Part shown: piece after piece, positions 24,821 to 38,571 of the stretch | Layout: each line of letters begins with the position of its first letter | How positions within the stretch are numbered: position 1 is the stretch's first letter | DNA from: Octopus sinensis | Taxonomy: Eukaryota | DNA: 47,552 nucleotides | Direction of reading: 5' to 3' | NCBI RefSeq assembly: GCF_006345805.1 | Contig: NW_021835688.1 | Location: 1 to 47,552 of the forward strand | Translations under genes and position numbers: made by a program | Notes under the pieces: model-generated | Databases searched by the model: none | What the model saw: the letters and a program-made list of their open reading frames with translations, nothing else | What the model was told of the DNA's origin: nothing

Positions 24821-25576
24821 AAACTGTGGCAACGTCGCAAACTGTGACAACGTCGCAAACTGTGACAACGTCGCAAACTGTGACAACGTCGCAAACTGTG
24901 ACAACGTCGCAAACTGTGACAACGTCGCAAATTGTGGAAATATCGCGATCTTTGAAAATGTTGCAAACTGTGGCAACGTCGCAAATTGTGGAAATGTCGC
25001 GATCTTTGAAAATGTTGCAAACTGTGGCAACGTCGCAAATTTTTGAAATGTCGCAGGCAACCGCGCAAACTGTGGTAACGTCGCAACTGTAGTACGTCAC
25101 AAACTGTGGGAACGTCGAAAACTGTGGCAACGTCACAAACTGTGGGAACGTCGAAAACTGTGGCAACGTCGCAACTGTGGTACGTCGCAAACTGTGGGAA
25201 CGTCGAAAACTGTGACAACGTTGCAAACTGTGGGAACGTCGAAAACTGTGGCAACATCGCAATCTGTGGCAACGTTGCAAACTGTGGTAACGTCGCAAAC
25301 TGTGGCAACGTCGCAAGCTGTGGCAACGTCGCAACTGTGGTACGTCGCAAACTGTGGGAACGTCGAAAACTGTGGCAACATCGCAATCTGTGGCAACGTT
25401 GCAAACTGTGGCAACGTCACAAGCTGTGGCAACGTCGCAACTGTGGTACGGCGCAAACTGTGGGAACGTCGCAAACGGTGGCAAAGTCGCAAACTGTGGG
25501 AACGTCGCAAACTGTGGCAACGTCGCAATCTGTGGCAACGTCGAAAACTCTGGCAACGTCGCAAACTTTGGCAACG
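24821..25576. repeat. 18-bp CpG-rich minisatellite (AACTGTGGCAACGTCGCA)n, ~42 units with higher-order blocks
   Basis: Direct tandem units; 17-bp variant units near 25082, 25170, 25330 and 25436 start repeated blocks. Confidence 0.97.
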
Positions 25577-26225
25577 GCTGTTGGGCAAGTGACGTAGCTT
25601 ATCTGCTTTTATCACATAGTATCGAACTTAACAACAGAGACCTTATTGCAATGCGAAAACAGGCAACAATGGAAGAGAAAAAGGACACTCTCTATGAAAC
25701 ACCAGTTAATGCATCATACGCGTTGAAAGGTTTCGTAGAAGAATTTCAACATTTAGATAAAGCCTTGGAAATTTTTCAAGCACAAGATCCAAAGTTTGAA
25801 CAAATTCCTCTGCGTGTTACCGAGAAATTCATAGAGAGCGCCAAAAAAAGCTTCTTCTAAGCAAGAAAAGATTTGGTTTTCAAAAAGAAATCTACAAGTC
25901 CGTCCACGAGTGCTTGTGAATCGGCGATCGCGTCTACAAGTGACGGTGTAATTGAGTCTAGTGCGAGTGAAAGTGATTCAGAAAACGATTATAATAATAA
26001 TTTTTTAAAATTATAAATGATCTTGACATTCTTTTTACTTTACATAAAATATTCCTCAAATTCTACTGTTGTTTTATTGCCATTTATTTATGAGTATTAT
26101 AAATTTTATAGTTAAGATATTTTTCTGGGAACGAGTTGCGATTTATAACCTTGCAAATAGGGGGAATTATTGCCCTGCTTTACGAGCGCTCTCCGGGAAC
26201 AAATTAACTCGTATATCGAAGCATT
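25577..26225 (+). mobile_element. Tigger/pogo transposase relic, C-terminus and 3' end
   Basis: SDVAYLLLSHSIELNNRDL..ALKGFVEEFQHLDKALEIFQAQDPKFEQ / ACYREIHRERQKK resembles TIGD1-type DV.ELL.SH..ELTNEDL..F..IEKAL..FE..DPN.ER...CYREIY. Confidence 0.75.
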
Positions 26226-26231
26226 GGTTGT

Positions 26232-26564
26232 GACCCCCTTCGGTCATGACTGACCGTGGTATTGCACCTAGAAAGTTACCCTCCCAGGCACAAGTCTGGG
26301 CAAGATTGTTTATGGAAGACCAGCAGTCGCCCATGCATACCAGCCTCCCCTCTCCACGCCACCGATGTTATCCAAGGGAATGACAAAGGGGTCGATACAG
26401 CTTGGCACCAGTGACGTCGCAGCTCATTTCTACAGCTGAGTGAACTGGAGCAACGTGAAATAAAGTGTCTTGCTCAGGAACACATCACACAGCCCAGTCC
26501 GGGATTCGAGCTCACAACCTCACGATCGTAAGCTCGATGCTCTAACCACTGAGCCATGCGCCTT
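26232..26564 (-). mobile_element. SINE family D, own tail
   Basis: Head AAGGCGCATGGCTCAGTGGTTAGAGCATCGAGCTTACGATCG; colinear with 37449-37777. Confidence 0.9.
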
Positions 26565-26984
26565 ATTTGGTTATAAACGAAAGCTTTGGTAGAACTCAGA
26601 TATTCAAAGTGTTGTGAAGTAGAACTGAACCCGAAACCGCGTGGTTAAAAAGCGAGCTTCTTTACCACATCACCATACACTTTCCTCTTCCTTCTTGTTT
26701 ATTTACTTATTAAATTCGTGGGTGGGGGATTGTTTTTGTTTTGGTTGTTATTTATTTATCTTTCGTTTTCGGTGGGGGTGTAACCACCCGTATTAAAAGG
26801 TGGAGGGGGCATACGGAGTGGTGGAGGAGAAGAAAGAGGAAGGAGAAGAGAGGAGAGCAGAGGGAAGAGGAGATGAAAGAAGCAGTGGTAGGTACGATAG
26901 GGGTCAGATATCATTGCGTCTTGAAACATTCTTTCAGTGTTAAACTCGATCGTTGTTACCAAACCCATCGCAAATACTACTAAT

Positions 26985-26997
26985 ACTACTGCTGCTG

Positions 26998-27054
<57 letters not shown>

Positions 27055-27055
27055 T

Positions 27056-27087
<32 letters not shown>

Positions 27088-27441
27088 ATTATAATAATAA
27101 TAATTATAATAATAATAATAATAATAATAATTATAATAATAATGATGATAATGATGATGGTGATGACATTTATTTGCCACAAGGGCGAAGGGTGAAGAGG
27201 ACAATACAGGGACAGACATAAAATGTGGTGGGATTACATATGATAATGAAATGATGATGATGATGACGATGATGATGATGATGATGATGAGGAGGAGGAG
27301 GAGGAGGAGGAGGAGAAGGAGGAGGAGAATTTCATTTATTAGTCACAAGGGCGAAGGATGATGGGGGAGAATAATAGGGACAGACATAAAGTGTGGGAGT
27401 TTACTTATAATAATGAAAAGATAAATAATAATAAAAAATGA

Positions 27442-27509
<68 letters not shown>

Positions 27510-27510
27510 T
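26985..27510. repeat. (CTA)n/(TAA)n/(TGA)n/(GAG)n tracts with two ~75-bp SINE-tail-like remnants (27164-27235, 27331-27400)
   Basis: Direct repeats CATTTATT.G.CACAAGGGCGAAGG..GGGACAGACATAAA. Confidence 0.8.
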
Positions 27511-28148
27511 GAAACAAACCCATTCTTCCTTCCTTCTTTCCTTCTTTCTTTCCTCCACTTATTCCCAGCTCGTGTATTTATTTAGTTGTTTAGTTATGAA
27601 TGGTTGTCTTGTGGGAAGATGGTAGACTTATTTGAACTGCTGAGCGAAATACGAGATGAGTGACGACAAGGAACGTTTAGCTTTCCCCGCCGAACCGCAG
27701 CCCTTTGTCTGGGCTACGGCTTCTACTTCTACTACTGTGTGTGTTTTTGATAAATAAATATATGTAACTATGTCTCTAGGTTTTTCTAACTACACACACG
27801 AGCGGTCTCAGCTGTACATACATACACACATACACACATACACATTCACACATACGCATATGCACACACACACACACATTCACACATACGCATATGCACA
27901 CACACACACATATTCACACATACGCATATGCACACACACACACACACATATATACATATATATATATATAAATATATATATACGTACATGCATGCGTACA
28001 TACATAGGTTTACAAAGGTCTTGTATGTATGTATGCATATATGTATAAGAATATGTGTAGATGTATGCACATGTATAAAGAGATAGATAGATAGATATAT
28101 ACATGCATACATACATACATACATACATAGACAAATAGATAGATAGAT

Positions 28149-28225
<77 letters not shown>

Positions 28226-28432
28226 AAGATAGACAGACACACACAAACTTATTAGTTCAGGTTATTTTGTCCTGAATGCGTCAGTGAATGCATTAAAAGC
28301 ATGTAACAGTCTGCGGCATAGCTTTTGTGCAGTCGACTTTACACACAACCTTGATCGCCTGAAAGGTGTGGGTCTGTAACCCTGTCATTGTCTTACACAA
28401 CTAAATGCACACACCACACACACAGACTAAGA

Positions 28433-28809
28433 GCAGAGGTGCCTGTATGGTTAGAAACTTCCTTTCCAACTGCATGGTTCCGGGTTCAGTCCCACTGTGT
28501 GGCACTTTGAGCAAATGTCTTCGACTATTGTCTCGGGTCAGCCAGAGCTTTGTGAGTGGATTTTGTAGAAGGAAACTGAAAGAAGCTGTTTGTATTCATG
28601 TGTGTGTGTGTCTTTGTACATGGATCTGCCCCACTCCCACGGTTTGACAACCGGTGTTATTATGTTGACGACCCTGTAGCCGTCAAAAGAGATCGATGGG
28701 ATAAATACCAGGCGTAAAAGAAGTAGAACCGGAGTTGAGTAACTCGATTTAAACTTCAGGGATGTGCCTCAGCATGGCCGCAGTCTAATAACTGAAACAA
28801 GTAAAAGAG
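28433..28809 (+). mobile_element. SINE family A, diverged
   Basis: GGTTCCGGGTTCAGTCCCACTG head, GTGAGTGGATTTTGTAG core, CAGCATGGCCGCAGTC..ACTGAAACAAGTAAAAGAG tail. Confidence 0.8.
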
Positions 28810-28879
28810 CTAAAAAAATATATACATGTGTGTGTGTGTGTATGTATGTGTGTGTATGTGTGTGTGTGTATGTGTGTGT

Positions 28880-29224
28880 GTGGAGGCCCAGTGGATAGGG
28901 TAGTGGACTCGCACGGGCGGAGGATCTCGGTTTCGATTCCCAGACCGGGTGTTGTGAGTGTTTGTTGAGCAAAAACATCTAAAGTTCCACGAGGCTCCGG
29001 CGAATCCTGCTGTACTCTTTCAACACAACTTTCTCTCACACTTTCTTCCTGTTCCTGCCATACCTGTGTTTTGCAGGACCAGCTTGTCACACTCTGTGTC
29101 ACGCTGAATCTACCCGAGAACTGTCTGTGGAGTGCTCAGCCACTTGCACGTTAATTTCAGAAGCAGGTCGTTCCGTTGATCGGATCATCTGGAAACCTCA
29201 TCGTTGTAACCGACAGAGTGCCAC
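28880..29224 (+). mobile_element. SINE family B, tail ii
   Basis: Head and tail match 20874 and 35185 copies. Confidence 0.88.
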
Positions 29225-29365
29225 GAAGAGCTGTGGGCCTTTGAACCCTAGACTATTGCAATACCTGTTCCTGAATTTAGATGGAGTGGACGGTACCTTT
29301 GGTACAATATAATATCGACCAGTTCTGGCATTTGTATAACACTCGATGCCAAAGTTAGGTACTAG

Positions 29366-29763
29366 CCCTTTCGACCTTTATTCTCTAGAAAAACGACGAC
29401 GCCGTGGTGATCTCATTCTTGCTCACAACATCATAAGTGGAAAGTGTAACCTCTCGAAGGAGCTGTTCTTGACTCCTGTTCCAGAGCGTCGGCTGCGAGG
29501 TCATTCCGAAAAGCTCTATCTGCGATGATTTCATCTCAATCAAAGGATAGGGGCTTTCTCCGTCCGGGTTGCGGATCCGTGGAATAAGCTGCCGGACGAG
29601 ATAGTGAAGATGCCGACGACCGCTCGCTTTAAAGTCTCCTTTGACCAGAAATGGCCCGAACTCTTTGCATGAACACCCACCCTGTACATAACTCCATGTC
29701 CCCCTACATGGCCTTGCTTTTTGCTTTTTGAGCCAAAAAATTAACTTAACTTAATTTAACTTA
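29366..29763 (+). mobile_element. CR1-clade LINE 3' fragment
   Basis: DLYSLEKRRRRGDLILAHNII..LRGHSEKLYLR..FSVRVADPWNKLPDEIV; (TTAAC)n tail. Confidence 0.92.
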
Positions 29764-30131
29764 TATGCATATTATTGCCTTCACTCCAGAGAGTAGAGCT
29801 ATAGTTTTCTCAGCCTATCCCTGTAGCTCATCCGCTCCACCGTTTCAATCTTTTTAGTATAGAGGCGTTGGAGTGCTTCAAACTCCATTGTTAGCTTGGC
29901 ACTAATGGTGACCATAACTGGGAACAGTAGACCAGGCGGCCGAGAACAAAGGTTCTTCACATACGTACATGTGTGTATCTGTGCGTGCGTGTGTGTGTGT
30001 GTGCATGTGTGTGTGTACGCCTACGTGTGCACGTGTGTGTGTGTGTGTGGTGTGTGTGTGTGCGTATAATAACAAAGGAACAGTAATTCCTTATCCTATT
30101 ATTATTGGTATATCCAATTGTTATATCTAAT

Positions 30132-30360
30132 TATTGGGTTGTCCGGAAAGTTCGTGCCGATCTATAGCAGCTTACCTTTCGACTTACCCTCACAGGCACC
30201 TCAATTCTGGGAAGAGGGTATTTTCATGTTAAAAGAAAGAGGGAGACGTATTGTACAACAAAATGATTCATATTTGGTTGATTAAAAATGTAATGGCAAG
30301 TATTTATTGACCTTTTTCTTTCCTTTAAAAGTCGGCACGAACTTTCCGGACAACCCATTA
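30132..30360 (+). mobile_element. Mariner-derived MITE
   Basis: 26-bp perfect TIR TGGGTTGTCCGGAAAGTTCGTGCCGA / TCGGCACGAACTTTCCGGACAACCCA, TA ends, internal FWEEGIFMLKERGRRIVQQNDSYLVD* (mariner C-terminus). Confidence 0.9.
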
Positions 30361-30400
30361 GTATTGGTATATCCAACAACGTTAAGCGGTTATATATATG

Positions 30401-30627
30401 TTTCTTTATTACCCACAAGGGGCTAAACATAGAGGGGACAAACAAGGACAGACAAACGGATTAAGTCGCTTATATCGACTCCAGTGCGTAGCTGGTATTT
30501 ATTTAATCGACCTCGAAATGATGAAAGGCAAAGTCGACCTCGGCGGAATTTGAACCCAGAATGTAACAGCAGACGAAATACGGCTACGCATCTCGTCCGG
30601 CGTGCTAACATTTCTGCCACCTCGCCA
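30401..30627 (-). mobile_element. SINE family M, tail 1
   Basis: Full head, core and tail match. Confidence 0.9.
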
Positions 30628-30923
30628 AGCCGTTATATATAGCGGCCATTTAAGCATTGACTTCATGAATGATTAATGGGTTACTTGGGACGCTAATGAA
30701 GAAGCAAAGCTCGTGAAATATGGTATATACAACCATTACCCATTTTTCATCCTCGATCTCATTGTTTGATTACATCTGGCGTCTCTGATACGAAACGGCG
30801 TCACAAAATCAGATCCGGCAAGAATTTCTATAGAAAAATTTGGGATAACCATAACGAGTAATTCCTTAAGCAATTTCATTAGCTTTCAACTGTTTCCCTA
30901 AATAAAACTTTCACTTCATTTCC

Positions 30924-31420
<497 letters not shown>

Positions 31421-31645
31421 TAATGCTTTCCTCTTGTATCTTCTGCTCGTTTCCATTATTAGTCTGTGGCCATGCTGGAGCACCGACGAGTTTTTAGTCG
31501 AACGAAGTGATCCCAGTACATTTTTCATTCTTTCATTCTTTCATTCGTTTATTCCATATTTTTTCTTCACCTCTTCTTTATCTATTTTACCTTTTTTTAG
31601 TCTCTTTTTTTATTTCATTTTCTTCTTCTATTTCTCCGTCTTTCC

Positions 31646-31681
<36 letters not shown>

Positions 31682-32400
31682 TACCTGCATCTTCTTTTTT
31701 TTGTATATTTATCTATATATTTATATATGTACGTGTGTGCATACATATATGTGTGTATATGTATGTTTGTGCATGTGTGTGTGTGTGTGTGTTTGTACTG
31801 ATGTGGTGTGTGTGTGTGTGTTTGTACTGATATATATATGCGTGTGTGTGTGTGTGCGTGCGTGTATTCATGTGTGTACGTATACAGAAATACATACAGA
31901 TACACGTTTAGATCTCCCTCCCTCCCTCTCTATATATGTGTGTGCGTGTGTATTTGCGTGAGTGTTTGTGTATGTATGTGTATATATGTGCGCGTACGTG
32001 CGTGTGTGTATATGTGTATATATTTGTGCGTGTGTGTACGTGCGTACCCTTATATATTTAACAGCAGAAATAGACAAATAGAAATATGCACACGATATAT
32101 CGAACACACACACAAGCCTCTTTTCTTACTTGAGCGTCAACTTAATTCATTCACTGCGTCCGTCCTTTTGATTTTTGTTGTTTTTGTTTTTATATTGTAT
32201 TTCAATTTGCCTGTATATATAATATGTGTGTGCGTGTATGTGCGTGCATGTATGTGTAAATATATATATATATATATATATAGTCACACATAAATAAATA
32301 GCATACATACATGCACACACACGCTCACACACATAAATATGCATATATATACATATATATATATAATACACATACGCACACACATACACACATATATATA

Positions 32401-32440
<40 letters not shown>

Positions 32441-32583
32441 CACACACACACATATATATATATATGTACACACAAATAGATATACACACACATATATATG
32501 TTATGCAAATAACCACACATATACGCCCAGACACACACACATTGGTGCTTTCCAAGTGGAAATTAAGAGGATTGTCTAACGGA

Positions 32584-32616
<33 letters not shown>

Positions 32617-33224
32617 GAGACACACACAGACACACAGAGTGAGACGGACATACGGGCAGACAGACAGGATGCAGTCGTGTTATTGCGTGTGAAAGGTTTT
32701 ACATCACAAACTAACCGTCACTTCACGTAGTTTGCAACAAACCTCCAGCTGTGGCGAAACGAACTGACCCCGGCTTTCTGAAGGGTTAGTCGGTGTGGCG
32801 GGGAGGCGGTGGCGCTGTGTTAATGGCGATAGAAAAAAAAGACAGAAAGAGAGAGAGAGAGGAGAGAGCAAGACAGAATCAGTCATGCTTCCTCTGGTGA
32901 ACAGGGGGTTAGGCAGAACTCTAATTGATTTTGCATATATAGACCATCTGGTATTGTTTTACGGACTAAGCACTCGCAGTTTCGGTCACAGTACGCACAC
33001 TTGGACTCGAGTTTTGCGTCCGCCTTTGCACTCAGCGTAGCAGAAACACATCGATACATCATATAAAACATTAAAATGCACACATTCATGAGAGCAAAGA
33101 TATTGTCATGGCCGTATATGTCAAGCTTCTGTCTCTGAATGTGTCTGTCTGTTTGTCTCTTTCGAGGTGTTCTTTTCGTCCGTTGTGTTTCTTTTCGGGA
33201 GTGTAGGATGGAAGGTACTGAGCT

Positions 33225-33815
33225 GGCGGCGAGCTGGCAGAAACGTTAGCACGCCGGGCGAAATACTTAGCGGTATTTCGTCTGCCGTTACGTTCTGAGT
33301 TCAAATTCCGCCGAGGTCGACTTTGCCTTTCATCCTTTCCGGGTCGATTAAATTAAGTACCAGTTACGCACTGGAGTCGATGTAATCGATTTAATACCTA
33401 TGTCTGTCCTTGCTTGTCCCCTCTATGTTTAGCCCCTTGTGGGTAATAAAGAAATAGGTATTTCGTCTGCGTTACGGTGTGAGTTCAAATTCCGCCGAGG
33501 TCGACTTTGCCTTTCATCCTTTCGGGGTCGATAAATTAAATACCAGTTACGCACTGGGGTCGATGTAATCGACTTAATACCTATTTCTTTATTACCCACA
33601 AGGGGCTAAACACAGAGGGACACACATGGACAGACATAGGTATTAAGTCGATTACATCGACCCCAGTGCGTAACGGTACTTAATTTATCGACCCCCCGAA
33701 GGATGAAGCAAAGTCGACCTCGACGGAATTTGAACTCACAACGTAACGCAGACGAAATACTGCTAAGCATTTCGCCCGGCGTGTTAACGTTTCTGCCAGC
33801 TGGCTAGCGGCCGCC
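33225..33815. mobile_element. Three SINE M copies: + full (33225-33457), + partial (33457-33580), - full (33580-33815)
   Basis: Repeated core; the last two are inverted relative to each other. Confidence 0.9.
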
Positions 33816-33947
33816 TTGCTTTTCTAGATACCTTTAAAAGTTAGAACTCACTGGAAACATTTATATATATGTATATATATACATGTATATGTATATATGT
33901 AATGTATGTATCTCTCTTCTCTCTCTCTCTCTCGCTCTCTCTCTCTA

Positions 33948-34002
<55 letters not shown>

Positions 34003-34539
34003 AAAAAAATGGAACAAAGAACATCAAAGCAGCAACAAAATATTCGGACAGTTAGACAATACGGAAAAGGACAGGAAAAAACAAGAATGGGTCATTCGGA
34101 GCGCTTATACCTTCTTCTACTTGTATTGATAAGAGTGAAATGAAAACCCTAAGATTGGGAGATCGATGGCCGGCCGTAGGCTCGATGATTGGAAAAATAA
34201 AACGCCAGTATTATTATCACTATAAAACATATCACGAGGTCGGCAGAGGAAGCGTAGAACTGGAAGTTGAGAGACCCATGTGATTGTTGAGGACCCTAAC
34301 AATTGATCTAAAGTATTGTCGAGTGGGAACGGAAACGGAAACAATGGATTTTGTATTCCATCGAAACTAGTGAGTTGTGACGTTTACTAAGTTTTCCCGG
34401 CAAAGAGTCGGCCATATTTAGAAGTGAGTATTGCTAAGAGGTTGGGAAGTTGCTGCTTTTAGGGTCGAGAGTGGGGATTGGAAAACCCAAGGACAGCTCC
34501 GGACTCCACGCACACTAGATAAGTCACTGCCAACACAAA

Positions 34540-34710
34540 ATAACTGTGCCCCAACCTATTGGAAAGGCTATGAATTCCTATAAACACGGAGAGAGGTTCA
34601 CAATTAAAATCAGCTTCACTTGTGTTTCAGAGAATCTAATTTATGTTATAACTTGCTCAAGTTGTGGACATAACTATATTGCCGGAGAGAGGTTTACCTG
34701 AAGGAATCAA
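34540..34710 (+). mobile_element. Penelope-like element relic, GIY-YIG endonuclease N-terminal part
   Basis: CPNLLE / KHGERFTIKISFTCVSENLIYVITCSSCGHNYIAGE (34582-34689) fits the F.C.S.N.IY.I.C..C...YIGET pattern of PLE endonucleases. Confidence 0.65.
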
Positions 34711-34922
34711 GTGCCAGAGGTTCAATAACGTTTGAACCTTTACGAATCTCTGCAGAATTGGCCTATGGAACCCTTTGATTCCAATCTTGCTCAGGGGTTG
34801 GGATCCTCATTGCCATTCGATGACTAAAATCTTATCATTATATTTTTGTTATTACATATTCTTAGGAATTCTATAAAAGAAATTCTTCAATATTTTGTGT
34901 AATGTAGAACTATAGCTAGTAT

Positions 34923-35080
34923 TTTATCTTTTATTTTTACTTGTCTCGGACATTTTTTTAATGTGGCAATGCTGGAGCATCGCCTTGAAGGGTTTCGATC
35001 GAACAAATCGACCCCAAGACTTATTTCTTCTTCAAAGCCCCGGTACTTCTTCTGTTGTTCACTTTGGCCAAACCGCTAGG
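34923..35080 (-). mobile_element. SINE family A tail fragment
   Basis: GCTGGAGCATCGCC..CAAATCGACCCCAAGACTTATT. Confidence 0.7.
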
Positions 35081-35184
35081 TCACATGAATGGTATAACGA
35101 GCGCCTGGTGAAGCTGATAGACGAAACTTGCTATATAACAAAGGCCAGAAGACAAACTCGAAATATCACACGATGGCAACTATG

Positions 35185-35569
35185 GATGGAAGCACTCCGT
35201 CGGTTCCGACGACGAGGGTTCCGGTTGATCCGAATCAACGGAACAGCCTGCTCGTGAAATTAACGTGTAAGTGGCTGAGCACTCCACAGACACGTGTACC
35301 CTTAACGTAGTTCTCGGGGATATTCAGCGTGACACAGAGAGTGACAAGGCCGGCCCCTTTGAAATACAGGTACAACAGAACAGAAGTAAGAGTGAGAGAA
35401 AGTTGTGGTGAAAGAGTACAGCAGGATCACCACCATCCTCTGCCGGAGCCTCGTGGAGCTTTAGGTGTTTTCGCTCAATAAACACTCACAACGCCCGGTC
35501 TGGGAATCGAAACCGCGATCCTACGACCGCGAGTCTGCTGCCCTAACCACTGGGCCATTGCGCCTCCAC
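35185..35569 (-). mobile_element. SINE family B, tail ii, full length
   Basis: Head GTGGAGGCGCAATGGCCCAGTGG; flanked by GGCAA(C/A)TATG direct repeat (35175-35184, 35570-35579). Confidence 0.92.
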
Positions 35570-36303
35570 GGCAAATATGATGCGAGTGAGCGTCAGTGTA
35601 TGGACAATGAGATACTCTTTCGCTACCAGAAGAGGTTTTTACCATCTTAGCAGAACACAGAAATGAGAGTTCCTCTTTTGCATTTTTCTTTTTTTTTCCC
35701 TTCCGCTGCATATTTCGTTTTGGTTCATACGTATTTAGATAGCTATTACGTCATCGACAGATTAACGGACGACACAGCATATCGCATGTGTGTATATGTG
35801 TATGTATGTATACACACACACACACATAAACATACGCACATTAACACTCACACTCACACATACGCACACATGCACTCATATATTTATGTATATATGTATA
35901 TATTTATATACGTATATAATTAACACGTGTATATTTATATATGTGTGTGTATGTGTGTGAGAGTGTGTGTGTGTATGCGGGCCACACAGCATATCATATG
36001 TGTATATGTGTACGTGTGTATACACTCACACAAACACAAACATACACACATACACACACATGCACAGAGATATATCCATATATTTATGTATATATTTATA
36101 TACTTAGATAATAAACGCGTGTACGTACATATATATTTATATATGTGCGCGTGTATGTATGTCAGTGTGTGTGTGTGTCTGTGTGGGGTGGGGCACGTGC
36201 GTGTGAGTATGTGGGTGTAAAGGTATTTATATAAAGACTAGGATGTTCCCTTATGACCTACTCTGGATCGGAGCACTGAATTGACCTGAAAGGAGTGGCC
36301 TAC

Positions 36304-36382
<79 letters not shown>

Positions 36383-37030
36383 CGTCTGCGCGAAGGTGTG
36401 TCGTTTACGAATGTATGTGTGTATATATGTGTGTATACATTCATATATATGCGCGTACGATTACTCACGAGTGCATTGCGTCTAATGGAATGCTTGAATG
36501 AAGAGAAGTACTTCAATCAACTGTAGGGGCATATCCGGATTGTAATTGTTGTTGTTTTTGTTGCCGTCATCATCATCGTCATCTTTCTTTTTCCTCCTAG
36601 TTTCCAGTTCGTCTTCACCGGTTCATTCCTGAAATTTTTCCTCCCCACTTTTTTTCTGTTTTCAATTGATTCTGTAGACTACTTATTCGTTTCCGCAATA
36701 AGTCTATTATATTTCACGGGATTTTCCCCGGAAACGTGTTGAATTTAGACAATGTACATTCATCTGATTTGTTTCATATTGTTTCCAAATAATGTCACTC
36801 ACTAGCAAGATCCATCCTGTTAATGATTTACATGTTTTGGTGATACGCTCAAACCCAGGGTTAAATACAAGACAAGTAAACACCGCTTACTCTTTAGCTT
36901 GTCAATAGCGCTCTAACAATTTGCTCGTTCGCGCTCCCCAATAGAATAATATTATATATATATATATATTATATATATATATATTATATATATATATATA
37001 TATTATATATATATGTATATAACTATTTTA

Positions 37031-37425
37031 CCTTTTATTTACTTGTTTCAGTCATTTGATTGCGGCCATGCTGGAGCGCCGCCTTTAGTCGAGCAAATCG
37101 ACCCCGGGACTTAGTCTTTGTAAGCCTAGTACTTATTCTATCGGTCTCTTTTGCCGCTAAGTTACGGGGACGTAAACAAACCAGCATCGGTTGTCAAGCA
37201 ATGTTTGGGGGGGACAAACACACACAAACACACACACATACACACACATATATATATATATACATATATACGACGGGCTTCTTTAAGTTTCCGTCTACCG
37301 AATCCACTCACAAGGCTTTGGTCGGCCCGAGGCTATAGTAGAAGACACTTGCCCAAGGTACCACGCAGTCGGACTGAACCAGGAACCATGTGATTGGTAA
37401 GCAAGCTACTTACCACACACCCACT
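37031..37425 (-). mobile_element. SINE family A, near full length
   Basis: Colinear with 12334-12740. Confidence 0.92.
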
Positions 37426-37448
37426 ATGTATATATACATATATGTTGA

Positions 37449-37777
37449 GACCCCCTTCGGTCATGACTGACCATGGGATTGCACCTTGAAAGTTACCCTC
37501 TCAGGCACAAGTCCGGGCAAGGTTGTTTATAGAAGACCAGCTGTCGCCCATGCATACCAGCCACCCTTCTCCACGTCACCGATGTTATCCAAGGGAAAGG
37601 CAAAGGGGCCGATACAGCTTGGTACCTATGACATCGCAACTTATTTCTACAGCTGAGTGAACTGGAGCAACGTGAAATAAAGTGTCTTGCTCAGGAACAC
37701 ATCACACAGCCCAACACGCACCCCGGTCGGGGATTCGAACTCACAACCTCACGATCTAACGACCGAGCCATGCGCCG
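37449..37777 (-). mobile_element. SINE family D
   Basis: Colinear with 26232-26564. Confidence 0.9.
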
Positions 37778-38362
37778 TCACACACACACACACACACACC
37801 ACACACACATATATATATATTATATGTACACAAATACACATATAAGTACGCGTGTCCGCGTCTGTGCTTGTGTGTATGTACATGTTATATATATATGTAT
37901 ATACATGAAACACACACACACATATATAGGCCAGACTGAAGAATGATTTATATTGCTTTCTCTGATCAATTTGGATAATTTCGAGTAGTCACAAATTCAC
38001 TACAAGAAGCTTCGGGATTAAAATTCTATCACATCGTTTTGAAAGTAGAATCAGTTGTCGAATAAAGAATATATTTTCTCATCGCTTTTGTGAATCCATA
38101 CAAATGGATACACTACCCAATTGTTCTTTTTATCTAGAATCTCGAAGAAGTATTTATACTTAAAATTATCTCAAACATTTTTTTAGATCCTTTAGAAAGT
38201 TATTTCTCGTAGCATTTGTAATTTCTACGGTTTCTGAAAAACGTTTAATGGAAAGAAAACGGCATGCAATTCTTTACCATTATTTTAGAATGACAATATC
38301 TTGGTTTCTCGATAGTTGTGCTAAATTTTTTTTTACCATTTTGGAGAAACTGATCACAATAT

Positions 38363-38532
38363 ATTATTTACATTATTTACATTTGACAGAAATTTGTCCT
38401 CATCTTGTTTGTTGTTAACACAACGTTTCGACTGATATACCCTCCAGCCTTCATCAGGTGTCTTAGGGAAATTTCGAACCTGGGTTCTCATTCCTAAGGT
38501 TTTTTTCTATGTTATTATTATTATTATTATTA

Positions 38533-38571
<39 letters not shown>

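Noticed and set aside
24821-25576. CRISPR-like array or ice-nucleation-like repeat gene
   Set aside because: Contiguous units without unique spacers, eukaryotic context, frameshifting 17-bp units
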